From Hydrurus foetidus (lineage: Eukaryota), in NCBI GenBank assembly GCA_900617105.1, contig UYFQ01000286.1, positions 1-33,562 of the forward strand: DNA of 33,562 bases, in the 5' to 3' direction. Position 1 is the first letter of the stretch; each line of letters begins with the position of its first letter. The notes beneath the pieces were generated by a model. It worked only from the letters and a program-made list of their open reading frames with translations, did not search any database and was not told the DNA's origin. Of the stretch, positions 11,202 to 23,922 are shown piece by piece. A program made the position numbers and the translations under genes.

Positions 11202-14200
11202 GGCTCATCATACACATCTGGGGCCCCCTAAAAGAATTAATTATTGGCGCGGAGCGCCAATAACAGGTGTGCGCGACAGCGCACACGATGTTTATATATG
11301 TACTATATGCAATACACACTGGTTTATTACAGGAAAGAATAACAGAACACGACGCATTAAGAAGATTTCTTATTTTTTTATTTGATTTTTTTTTAATAGG
11401 TACGTGTAAACGTATATCAATATTGAACGCTAATACGCTTCCTAATTTATTTACTATAACGAAGCGTTCCTATATAACTTTCTTAGTTTTGGTGGTTTAT
11501 CCTTCCCTTTTGATAATGCCGTGGAAATACATTTTTCACAATTACAATAACCCTTATACTTATCTATTACATGGTATTCCTGAAGCACACTACATTCTGT
11601 GTTAGAATGATTATCACTAAAATACCCATAATCCTTATAGTGTCCACATTTTTTGCATGTTTTTAATGATCGAACACTTTTGACCACGACATCTGGTTTC
11701 ATGTAGCCTACTTTTGCTGCTCCTTCCTCGCATTCTGGACATGAACACCAACCTTTAATCGATCTATCAATGCTATAAGCATCTTGTAGAACAGCACATT
11801 TAATGACATGTTTTTCGTTGTGAATTCTATTATGTTGACGGAAGTGACCACATGTAATGCATAGTTGAAGGGCACGGTCGAGTTGTCTTTTTTTTCCGTT
11901 CTTTTCTTGTGCTTGTTCTAGCTGCCCGGGGTATATAATAGGACCACTTTTTTGGTCTGTTAGTATAGTTGCATAGCTCATGTGAAGAGGAACAAATGGT
12001 ACCATCTGACTGAAATCATTGTTTTGAATGGCGCCAGAACTTGGACCGTGAGTGGCCTTGGGACTCAATGCGTCGAAAGAAGTACTTGGTGCAATAACAG
12101 GAGTCCTATGTTCTTTTATCAAATTGTCAATACTTCTTATGTGTGGTTGTAATGTAGCTTTTATATTGTTGCTTTTCCCTCCTGAGTCAAAGAAAGCTTC
12201 TAGCATGTGGCCTTGCTTTCGATAATACTTAACAACATCGTTCTCTTTCCTTCTTTCTCTTTCACACACGAACAAGTTCCAAGCTGTAGCCATTGAACTC
12301 CAATCTCGAATTCCATATTCACCTATGGACTGATAATTTTTATATTCTTCCCAGAACTTTTTTTTTTCATGTTCTCCAGCAATCTTTTTAGCCATTGTTT
12401 TAGTCCCCTCCATCCTTGCTAGCCATGCTGCTGCATCTCCTTTCCCTCTTGAATTCTGTTTTGATGATTGAATATCGGATTCCGAGTCTTCATCATCAGA
12501 AATCTCTGCTGTAGATCCATTCTCTCCTAGCAGGATTATATCAAAATCATCCATATACTTTTCTTTTTCGCTTTCATCATTAGGAATAATTCCAAACCTC
12601 TCGCCAGTATCTAAAATAGTTAATTATATAATTAACATTACCAGTAACATCATTATCATTAATATCGTCATAATTAGTATTATAAACATTTTTTATATAT
12701 TATATTATAGACATTTTTGTTATCATTTGATTTCATTAGCAAAATTATTCTCATAGAATTGATTTCATTATTTAACTCATAGAATGCATTATGAATCATA
12801 TCATTCACATTACTATGATCAGAAATTAACATTAAGCTTACCTTTATAATCATATGTTGCACGAAAAACAAACATTGCTTTTTCCCATTGAAATCCTGAT
12901 GCCATTGAGTTGATTTCCTCCATCACAGGCTGATTATAGCAATGTGGTAAACCATCGTCTCGACCTCTATAATCACGCGCTCGTCTCATATTCCATCTGA
13001 AATTGAAATGCCGTATAATGTGATAGGCAAGTTCGGGACTACACCGGTGTCTTCTTAGAATATCTCGTATATGCCTATGATATCCCTATATTATTATTGA
13101 TGTATTTGTTTATTAAAAAATGAAATTTACAGCATAATTGGTGAAAGGACAATATTACCTCTAAAGCGTTGGTACCACGATAACAAGCATATTTCATTCT
13201 TCCAAGTTGATCTCTTCCTAATTCTTGGAACATATTAACACCGGGAGGATCGATATAATATCCAGATGCAATCGACAATCGAGTAGCATCAATCTTCAAC
13301 TTAGTACGAGGTGTGATCAAAAGTTCTTTCGTTTTGGCATCCTTTATTAACATAAAAGTTTCAATAAATTTGTCGAAGCGTGATAGCTGACATACTCTGT
13401 CATAGCCAGTTGTTCTCCTACAATGACTTAGAAATCTCTTTTTCCAAAATAATTTTTTCTGAAGAGAAATTTGTGCCTCGTCCATACCCTGTGAGCGTAA
13501 AGTTTGCTCCACACACTCTACATCTATCTTTGAAACCATAAAGAAACAGTCGCTTAGACCTCTCATGAATGTGGCGTGCGCGCCATTCTTTTTTTTCATA
13601 GAATCACCCAGATTCTTGAAACAATGTAGATGATCGCCTTTAATATTTGACGGTGGTTTATTAAGTCTTTTTAAGATGCTCTCATCTAATGTTGAAATAT
13701 AGTCTTCTTTCTTCTCCGCTTCCTCAATAGCATCTTCTTCAACTACTGTTGGTATTACTAGGCAATCTTCATGCTCATATTCTTCTTCATTCATATCATC
13801 GACGTTGATGACGTCGTCAATAATGTTCCATCCATAATCATTAGAGGAGGAAGTATTGGAAGCAGAAGAGGAAGAAGAAGAGGAAGAAAATGGGGATGAA
13901 GAAGAAGAGGAAGAAGAAGGAGGAATTGATGGTGTCTTGTATGGACGAAGATTCTTTTTGTATACCAGTAAGTCACGTTTTGGATGTTCCAAATGTTCAG
14001 TAATAGTGCATTTTTGAGCCGCGCTGTTTATTTCGTTTCTTGATAATGCTATTGGAATAATAGCACATGGTACAACAATATCAGTGACATCGATAATAGC
14101 TCTATAATTGGTCACAGTCTGGCGATATTCACGATAATTTCCACCTATTTGTCCTGCAACAATACCTATTGCAATGATTGTTGATCCTGTGCTATCATAC

Positions 14201-17200
14201 ACATTCACCTTACAACCTGGCTCAATAGCGGCTGGACAGTAGTCGTCAAACATTGGATCCTGTCCCAGAAATATAGCCCAGTAAACCTGTATACTAGCGT
14301 AGGCATCGAGTGCAGCGTATCTAATTTGGTCTTCGTTAAGTGGTATATTAGTCCACTCTTCACTTAATCGAATGCTTTCAGGTTTGTCCAATTTCAATCC
14401 TAGCATTTGTGTGACGAGATCCTGTAATGACATTAATTTTGTCAAAACCTTCCTGACAACAGCGAGGGTTGCAATATTAACGAACGTTTCTTTCGGAAGA
14501 CTCAAGTCATAATCCTCCATAAGCTTGGTTCGATCATTGAGAATATTGCATCCGACTTTCCGAATATTACTATCCTCCAGCAATTCTTTTAACGCTTCTG
14601 GTAAATTATTCCTCTCTCCGTCGATCTTGCGTCCAAATCTATTTAAATGAAATAAGAGAAGAAGAATAAAAAATGAGTGTAGATAACAAGTTGAAAAAAA
14701 ATAGTTTAGAACAAAAAGAGACGTAGAAAAGAAAAGTCAAAATAAAGTCAAAAGTAAAGTCATCAAATCCATCATCATCATCATCATCATCATCCATCAT
14801 AATCATCAAAAATCATCATCAATCAATCATCATCATCAAAAGAAAAGAAAAGAAAAGAAATCTGCTAAGAAAAGACTTCACCTTTTGCCATAACCCTTTC
14901 AAACAAAACACGAAGGATAATCCATTCCGTAGAGATAGTTGAATAGTGGCAACTGGATTATTACCCCGATTCCACTCCAAGTCAAGCCCTAACACTTTTT
15001 CCTCATCAACCATTTCTAAGTTCTCCCTAATTCTATTTATCACCGCACTGCACTCAGAGGACTTGTAGATGACAGTAGGTACACCAACATCAATTGGGAA
15101 AGAGAAATAATTGGGACCATCAGGATTACACGGATTAGATGGGACTTCATTAATTGGCTGAACTGAAGGCCATATCTTTTCCCATATTGACCTATCCACA
15201 TCAGGTCTGTCACTGTACACTATAAGAGGACGAGCAAAATTATGCATTTCATACCTCTTTCTCAACTTTCTTATTGATTCTTCCAGTTCTTCCATTTTGC
15301 CAGTTCGAATAAACCACCAACCGATGACCTCTCCAAACTCGTTCATCAAAGTGTAAAGTCCGTGGTACACCTTTTCATCGGTGTTTACATAAACCAGTTT
15401 TGTCACCTTATGTGACGCATCGCCTTTAAACATGACACCGTCAATGCCCTGCATGACCTTGGTCTCGAACTCATCCAAACCCATGAAATATTTGCATGCT
15501 AAATCCTTTATTACTTTCCAAGACGGTACATAGGCAAATGATTTCGTGTACTCTATATAAGGAGGTGGTTTAATTGGTTCCGAAACGTCATTTCCAAATA
15601 CTGATTTTCTACTCATGACGTAATTGCACCTCGATGTGTACATCTTTGTGCAAGTAACGTAGTAGTTTGATCTCTACAAGTAAACAAAGTATATAGATTA
15701 CAAAATAATCGATTTCAAATATAAATTACAGAAGTAGGCAATATCAGGAATCATATTCTCACCTTTTCCTTTAGTTGACTTATAAACGCATCTATGGATC
15801 CACCAGTCACTAGACTGCATGCAAGTTCCTTAATTAAATTTACTTCAACAAATGGCGAATTCTTTGCATTTGAAGAAGTTGTGATTTGATAGGCTGGCAA
15901 TTCACTGTATAGATAATGAAAATTACAAAAGAAAAAGTTAATAATATCATCATAAGTAATGTAAAATAGTAACATTTTAAAATACCGGAGGCCACCGACA
16001 TCAGAAATTTTGAAAGATTTTAATAATAGTTAAGAAATGCATAAGCTCTACGACATCAAAAATTTTGTGTTCAGAGAAAAAAATTGATGAAAAATTAATC
16101 AGAAATTTACTCTGAAGTAAGTATGTAGCGCAACAAAAAAAAAATGCAAGAGTTTCCCCCATGTTTAAGATTTTGAATTTTTTAAACAGCACTGGAAAAC
16201 GAAACACAATTAGTAATGTTGTATAAATGGAACAATGAAAGAAAAATGCGACCATTTCCGATAATAGTGATGTCGTCATGATGTCCACAAAACGACTAAA
16301 TCATAATATGAAATAAGCACCCAGTAGGCGATTCAAATAGAAGCAGTAAGATTTCTTACCTAATATCGGGTGGCAAATACGCTAGAAATCTGTCGTCATA
16401 GCTACTAAATGTGTGGGTGTCTATTTTGAGTTCTTTGCAGTCTATACATGTGTACCTATTACCAACCATGGCATAGGTAAAATGAGTCCCGACAACTCTG
16501 CAAGGTGCTGTGTATCCTTTGGACACGACCCTCTTATGTTGATAACCGAAAGCTGCACAAGGACATCTGTCGAATCGTAACGGAAATTCGTTCATTGGCA
16601 TGAAAAGTAGCACTGGGATACTCAGGTACTTCGTAGGATCACGTGAATTGATTTGGCTCAGCTTTGGTCCAGACGCTGGGTAGTACCAACTATTTGCGAA
16701 CGGCCAATTGCCATTCGAATCCTTCACTTTCCTGATCGCGAAATCAACGTCTATCAACTGCTGCGCAGACAAGACGCTCGATGAGCCGCTCATCACAGCT
16801 GCAGGTGATCGATGCCTTACTCCATCATCCAGAATTGCTGCTGCTGATATTGCTCCTGTCGCTGTTGTTGTTGATGCTGTTGTTGTTGTTGATGCTGTTG
16901 TTGTGGCTCCAGTCGATCCTGCTGTTGATGATGATAATGTCGCTGGCGCTGGTGCTGCTTCTTCTGGAGTATCCGAAGCTGTAGATGTTGAGCAGAAAAT
17001 CATCTCGAATCAGTGTTTGAATGACGAGCAAAGTTTGACGACGCTGCAATAAAGAGATTACACTCAAACAAACCTTTCGATGCTGCATCAGATGATGGCC
17101 CTGTTGATGATGATAATGTCGCTGGCGCTGGTGCTGCTTCTTCTGGAGTATTCGAAGCTGCAGATGTTGAGCAAGAAATCGTCTCGAATCAGTGTTTGAA

Positions 17201-17651
17201 TGATGAGCAAAGTTTGACGACGCTGAAGGAGGTGGATTGAAATCGTACCTCTTGAGAAGAACGAACTTGCTTGCGCCTGATCCAACTGGAGAATCCTTGC
17301 TTTCTTCTGTCTTAAAAGCTTATTTGCAATGTCTGCATTGGAGCCGAACTTTGGACGACCAGCCATCCCAAAAATACTCGATATCAGCGGCAACAAGGAT
17401 GACAAAAAAAGCTCAACGAAGGCGAACGGCACAAGTAGCTCGCGGCAACTGCAAGGCAGCTTAATGGAGATGTGTAGTGTTGATGATATCTCATCAGTGT
17501 TGTATGGGCTGTGCAGTGTTGTAAGTACATTGACCTTACGCAGTTACCACATATAACCTTACGCAATTACCATACTAAATAATTCTTGCACGTGCAGCTT
17601 GACCTTACGATTTTACCATATTAAATTATCCCCAGATCTAGGTGATGAGCC
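11202..17651 (-). mobile_element. Transposon copy 2 (6450 bp)
   Basis: TIRs at 11202-11223 and 17630-17651, identical to those of copy 1. Confidence 0.9.
11454..17366 (-). CDS. Spliced transposase-exonuclease gene, copy 2 (apparent 2-bp deletion just upstream of the exon 5 donor, ~14890)
   Basis: Same exons as copy 3. The plus strand reads GCCATAAC where copy 3 reads GCCAAGTAAC, which would frameshift the spliced product if real. Confidence 0.75.
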
Positions 17652-17657
17652 GACCCC
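17652..17657 (+). other. Second inter-copy spacer GACCCC
   Basis: ...GATGAGCC GACCCC GGCTCATC..., identical to the first junction. Confidence 0.9.
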
Positions 17658-17909
17658 GGCTCATCATACACATCTGGGGCCCCCTAAAAGAATTAATTAT
17701 TGGCGCGGAGCGCCAATAACAGGTGTGCGCGACAGCGCACACGATGTTTATATATGTACTATATGCAATACACACTGGTTTATTACAGGAAAGAATAACA
17801 GAACACGACGCATTAAGAAGATTTCTTATTTTTTTATTTGATTTTTTTTTAATAGGTACGTGTAAACGTATATCAATATTGAACGCTAATACGCTTCCTA
17901 ATTTATTTA

Positions 17910-20900
17910 CTATAACGAAGCGTTCCTATATAACTTTCTTAGTTTTGGTGGTTTATCCTTCCCTTTTGATAATGCCGTGGAAATACATTTTTCACAATTA
18001 CAATAACCCTTATACTTATCTATTACATGGTATTCCTGAAGCACACTACATTCTGTGTTAGAATGATTATCACTAAAATACCCATAATCCTTATAGTGTC
18101 CACATTTTTTGCATGTTTTTAATGATCGAACACTTTTGACCACGACATCTGGTTTCATGTAGCCTACTTTTGCTGCTCCTTCCTCGCATTCTGGACATGA
18201 ACACCAACCTTTAATCGATCTATCAATGCTATAAGCATCTTGTAGAACAGCACATTTAATGACATGTTTTTCGTTGTGAATTCTATTATGTTGACGGAAG
18301 TGACCACATGTAATGCATAGTTGAAGGGCACGGTCGAGTTGTCTTTTTTTTCCGTTCTTTTCTTGTGCTTGTTCTAGCTGCCCGGGGTATATAATAGGAC
18401 CACTTTTTTGGTCTGTTAGTATAGTTGCATAGCTCATGTGAAGAGGAACAAATGGTACCATCTGACTGAAATCATTGTTTTGAATGGCGCCAGAACTTGG
18501 ACCGTGAGTGGCCTTGGGACTCAATGCGTCGAAAGAAGTACTTGGTGCAATAACAGGAGTCCTATGTTCTTTTATCAAATTGTCAATACTTCTTATGTGT
18601 GGTTGTAATGTAGCTTTTATATTGTTGCTTTTCCCTCCTGAGTCAAAGAAAGCTTCTAGCATGTGGCCTTGCTTTCGATAATACTTAACAACATCGTTCT
18701 CTTTCCTTCTTTCTCTTTCACACACGAACAAGTTCCAAGCTGTAGCCATTGAACTCCAATCTCGAATTCCATATTCACCTATGGACTGATAATTTTTATA
18801 TTCTTCCCAGAACTTTTTTTTTTCATGTTCTCCAGCAATCTTTTTAGCCATTGTTTTAGTCCCCTCCATCCTTGCTAGCCATGCTGCTGCATCTCCTTTC
18901 CCTCTTGAATTCTGTTTTGATGATTGAATATCGGATTCCGAGTCTTCATCATCAGAAATCTCTGCTGTAGATCCATTCTCTCCTAGCAGGATTATATCAA
19001 AATCATCCATATACTTTTCTTTTTCGCTTTCATCATTAGGAATAATTCCAAACCTCTCGCCAGTATCTAAAATAGTTAATTATATAATTAACATTACCAG
19101 TAACATCATTATCATTAATATCGTCATAATTAGTATTATAAACATTTTTTATATATTATATTATAGACATTTTTGTTATCATTTGATTTCATTAGCAAAA
19201 TTATTCTCATAGAATTGATTTCATTATTTAACTCATAGAATGCATTATGAATCATATCATTCACATTACTATGATCAGAAATTAACATTAAGCTTACCTT
19301 TATAATCATATGTTGCACGAAAAACAAACATTGCTTTTTCCCATTGAAATCCTGATGCCATTGAGTTGATTTCCTCCATCACAGGCTGATTATAGCAATG
19401 TGGTAAACCATCGTCTCGACCTCTATAATCACGCGCTCGTCTCATATTCCATCTGAAATTGAAATGCCGTATAATGTGATAGGCAAGTTCGGGACTACAC
19501 CGGTGTCTTCTTAGAATATCTCGTATATGCCTATGATATCCCTATATTATTATTGATGTATTTGTTTATTAAAAAATGAAATTTACAGCATAATTGGTGA
19601 AAGGACAATATTACCTCTAAAGCGTTGGTACCACGATAACAAGCATATTTCATTCTTCCAAGTTGATCTCTTCCTAATTCTTGGAACATATTAACACCGG
19701 GAGGATCGATATAATATCCAGATGCAATCGACAATCGAGTAGCATCAATCTTCAACTTAGTACGAGGTGTGATCAAAAGTTCTTTCGTTTTGGCATCCTT
19801 TATTAACATAAAAGTTTCAATAAATTTGTCGAAGCGTGATAGCTGACATACTCTGTCATAGCCAGTTGTTCTCCTACAATGACTTAGAAATCTCTTTTTC
19901 CAAAATAATTTTTTCTGAAGAGAAATTTGTGCCTCGTCCATACCCTGTGAGCGTAAAGTTTGCTCCACACACTCTACATCTATCTTTGAAACCATAAAGA
20001 AACAGTCGCTTAGACCTCTCATGAATGTGGCGTGCGCGCCATTCTTTTTTTTCATAGAATCACCCAGATTCTTGAAACAATGTAGATGATCGCCTTTAAT
20101 ATTTGACGGTGGTTTATTAAGTCTTTTTAAGATGCTCTCATCTAATGTTGAAATATAGTCTTCTTTCTTCTCCGCTTCCTCAATAGCATCTTCTTCAACT
20201 ACTGTTGGTATTACTAGGCAATCTTCATGCTCATATTCTTCTTCATTCATATCATCGACGTTGATGACGTCGTCAATAATGTTCCATCCATAATCATTAG
20301 AGGAGGAAGTATTGGAAGCAGAAGAGGAAGAAGAAGAGGAAGAAAATGGGGATGAAGAAGAAGAGGAAGAAGAAGGAGGAATTGATGGTGTCTTGTATGG
20401 ACGAAGATTCTTTTTGTATACCAGTAAGTCACGTTTTGGATGTTCCAAATGTTCAGTAATAGTGCATTTTTGAGCCGCGCTGTTTATTTCGTTTCTTGAT
20501 AATGCTATTGGAATAATAGCACATGGTACAACAATATCAGTGACATCGATAATAGCTCTATAATTGGTCACAGTCTGGCGATATTCACGATAATTTCCAC
20601 CTATTTGTCCTGCAACAATACCTATTGCAATGATTGTTGATCCTGTGCTATCATACACATTCACCTTACAACCTGGCTCAATAGCGGCTGGACAGTAGTC
20701 GTCAAACATTGGATCCTGTCCCAGAAATATAGCCCAGTAAACCTGTATACTAGCGTAGGCATCGAGTGCAGCGTATCTAATTTGGTCTTCGTTAAGTGGT
20801 ATATTAGTCCACTCTTCACTTAATCGAATGCTTTCAGGTTTGTCCAATTTCAATCCTAGCATTTGTGTGACGAGATCCTGTAATGACATTAATTTTGTCA

Positions 20901-23900
20901 AAACCTTCCTGACAACAGCGAGGGTTGCAATATTAACGAACGTTTCTTTCGGAAGACTCAAGTCATAATCCTCCATAAGCTTGGTTCGATCATTGAGAAT
21001 ATTGCATCCGACTTTCCGAATATTACTATCCTCCAGCAATTCTTTTAACGCTTCTGGTAAATTATTCCTCTCTCCGTCGATCTTGCGTCCAAATCTATTT
21101 AAATGAAATAAGAGAAGAAGAATAAAAAATGAGTGTAGATAACAAGTTGAAAAAAAATAGTTTAGAACAAAAAGAGACGCGTAGAAAAGAAAAGAAAAGT
21201 AAAGTAAAGTAAAGTAAAGTAAAGTAAAGTAAAGTAAAGTAAAGTAAAGTAAAGTAAAGTAAAGAAAAGTAAAGTAAAGTAAAGTAAAGTAAAGTAAAGT
21301 AAAGTAAAGTAAAGTAAAGTAAAGAAAAGTAAAGAAAAGTAAAGAAAAGTAAAGAAAAGAAAAGAAAAGAAAAGAAAAAGAAAAGAAAGAAAGGAAAAGA
21401 AAGGAAAAGAAAAGTCTGCTAAGAAAAGACTTCACCTTTTGCCAAGTAACCCTTTCAAACAAAACACGAAGGATAATCCATTCCGTAGAGATAGTTGAAT
21501 AGTGGCAACTGGATTATTACCCCGATTCCACTCCAAGTCAAGCCCTAACACTTTTTCCTCATCAACCATTTCTAAGTTCTCCCTAATTCTATTTATCACC
21601 GCACTGCACTCAGAGGACTTGTAGATGACAGTAGGTACACCAACATCAATTGGGAAAGAGAAATAATTGGGACCATCAGGATTACACGGATTAGATGGGA
21701 CTTCATTAATTGGCTGAACTGAAGGCCATATCTTTTCCCATATTGACCTATCCACATCAGGTCTGTCACTGTACACTATAAGAGGACGAGCAAAATTATG
21801 CATTTCATACCTCTTTCTCAACTTTCTTATTGATTCTTCCAGTTCTTCCATTTTGCCAGTTCGAATAAACCACCAACCGATGACCTCTCCAAACTCGTTC
21901 ATCAAAGTGTAAAGTCCGTGGTACACCTTTTCATCGGTGTTTACATAAACCAGTTTTGTCACCTTATGTGACGCATCGCCTTTAAACATGACACCGTCAA
22001 TGCCCTGCATGACCTTGGTCTCGAACTCATCCAAACCCATGAAATATTTGCATGCTAAATCCTTTATTACTTTCCAAGACGGTACATAGGCAAATGATTT
22101 CGTGTACTCTATATAAGGAGGTGGTTTAATTGGTTCCGAAACGTCATTTCCAAATACTGATTTTCTACTCATGACGTAATTGCACCTCGATGTGTACATC
22201 TTTGTGCAAGTAACGTAGTAGTTTGATCTCTACAAGTAAACAAAGTATATAGATTACAAAATAATCGATTTCAAATATAAATTACAGAAGTAGGCAATAT
22301 CAGGAATCATATTCTCACCTTTTCCTTTAGTTGACTTATAAACGCATCTATGGATCCACCAGTCACTAGACTGCATGCAAGTTCCTTAATTAAATTTACT
22401 TCAACAAATGGCGAATTCTTTGCATTTGAAGAAGTTGTGATTTGATAGGCTGGCAATTCACTGTATAGATAATGAAAATTACAAAAGAAAAAGTTAATAA
22501 TATCATCATAAGTAATGTAAAATAGTAACATTTTAAAATACCGGAGGCCACCGACATCAGAAATTTTGAAAGATTTTAATAATAGTTAAGAAATGCATAA
22601 GCTCTACGACATCAAAAATTTTGTGTTCAGAGAAAAAAATTGATGAAAAATTAATCAGAAATTTACTCTGAAGTAAGTATGTAGCGCAACAAAAAAAAAA
22701 TGCAAGAGTTTCCCCCATGTTTAAGATTTTGAATTTTTTAAACAGCACTGGAAAACGAAACACAATTAGTAATGTTGTATAAATGGAACAATGAAAGAAA
22801 AATGCGACCATTTCCGATAATAGTGATGTCGTCATGATGTCCACAAAACGACTAAATCATAATATGAAATAAGCACCCAGTAGGCGATTCAAATAGAAGC
22901 AGTAAGATTTCTTACCTAATATCGGGTGGCAAATACGCTAGAAATCTGTCGTCATAGCTACTAAATGTGTGGGTGTCTATTTTGAGTTCTTTGCAGTCTA
23001 TACATGTGTACCTATTACCAACCATGGCATAGGTAAAATGAGTCCCGACAACTCTGCAAGGTGCTGTGTATCCTTTGGACACGACCCTCTTATGTTGATA
23101 ACCGAAAGCTGCACAAGGACATCTGTCGAATCGTAACGGAAATTCGTTCATTGGCATGAAAAGTAGCACTGGGATACTCAGGTACTTCGTAGGATCACGT
23201 GAATTGATTTGGCTCAGCTTTGGTCCAGACGCTGGGTAGTACCAACTATTTGCGAACGGCCAATTGCCATTCGAATCCTTCACTTTCCTGATCGCGAAAT
23301 CAACGTCTATCAACTGCTGCGCAGACAAGACGCTCGATGAGCCGCTCATCACAGCTGCAGGTGATCGATGCCTTACTCCATCATCCAGAATTGCTGCTGC
23401 TGATATTGCTCCTGTCGCTGTTGTTGTTGATGCTGTTGTTGTTGTTGATGCTGTTGTTGTGGCTCCAGTCGATCCTGCTGTTGATGATGATAATGTCGCT
23501 GGCGCTGGTGCTGCTTCTTCTGGAGTATCCGAAGCTGTAGATGTTGAGCAGAAAATCATCTCGAATCAGTGTTTGAATGACGAGCAAAGTTTGACGACGC
23601 TGCAATAAAGAGATTACACTCAAACAAACCTTTCGATGCTGCATCAGATGATGGCCCTGTTGATGATGATAATGTCGCTGGCGCTGGTGCTGCTTCTTCT
23701 GGAGTATTCGAAGCTGCAGATGTTGAGCAAGAAATCGTCTCGAATCAGTGTTTGAATGATGAGCAAAGTTTGACGACGCTGAAGGAGGTGGATTGAAATC
23801 GTACCTCTTGAGAAGAACGAACTTGCTTGCGCCTGATCCAACTGGAGAATCCTTGCTTTCTTCTGTCTTAAAAGCTTATTTGCAATGTCTGCATTGGAGC

Positions 23901-23922
23901 CGAACTTTGGACGACCAGCCAT
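17910..23922 (-). CDS. Intact ~1545-aa DDE transposase with inserted WRN-type (DnaQ/DEDDy) 3'-5' exonuclease and C-terminal Cys/His repeats
   Basis: Eight GT-AG exons, all phase-compatible: 23922-23805, 23713-23630, 23534-22916, 22460-22319, 22229-21436, 21094-19615, 19541-19298, 19066-17910 (4638 nt in total). Motifs in order: CPC..H..GY..RVVG..RYTCIDC..FSSYD (zinc); KGDASHK (D1); IVYSDRP (D2); GLDLEW, KVGCNILND and YAALDAY (ExoI, II, III); KGDHLH (DxxH); RGTNALE|GYH (E, motif completed across a splice junction). Confidence 0.85.
21183..21415 (+). repeat. (AAAGT)n/(AAAAG)n microsatellite in intron 5 of the transposase gene
   Basis: Clean pentamer array in copy 3. The equivalent stretches in copies 1 (~8290-8430) and 2 (~14725-14860) are shorter and read as ATC/ATA-rich irregular sequence. 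Confidence 0.9.

Noticed and set aside
21095..21462. Hydrophobic LYFT-repeat N-terminus of the 643-aa ORF as a membrane domain
   Set aside because: It is translation through the (AAAGT)n intron and is absent from the other copies.
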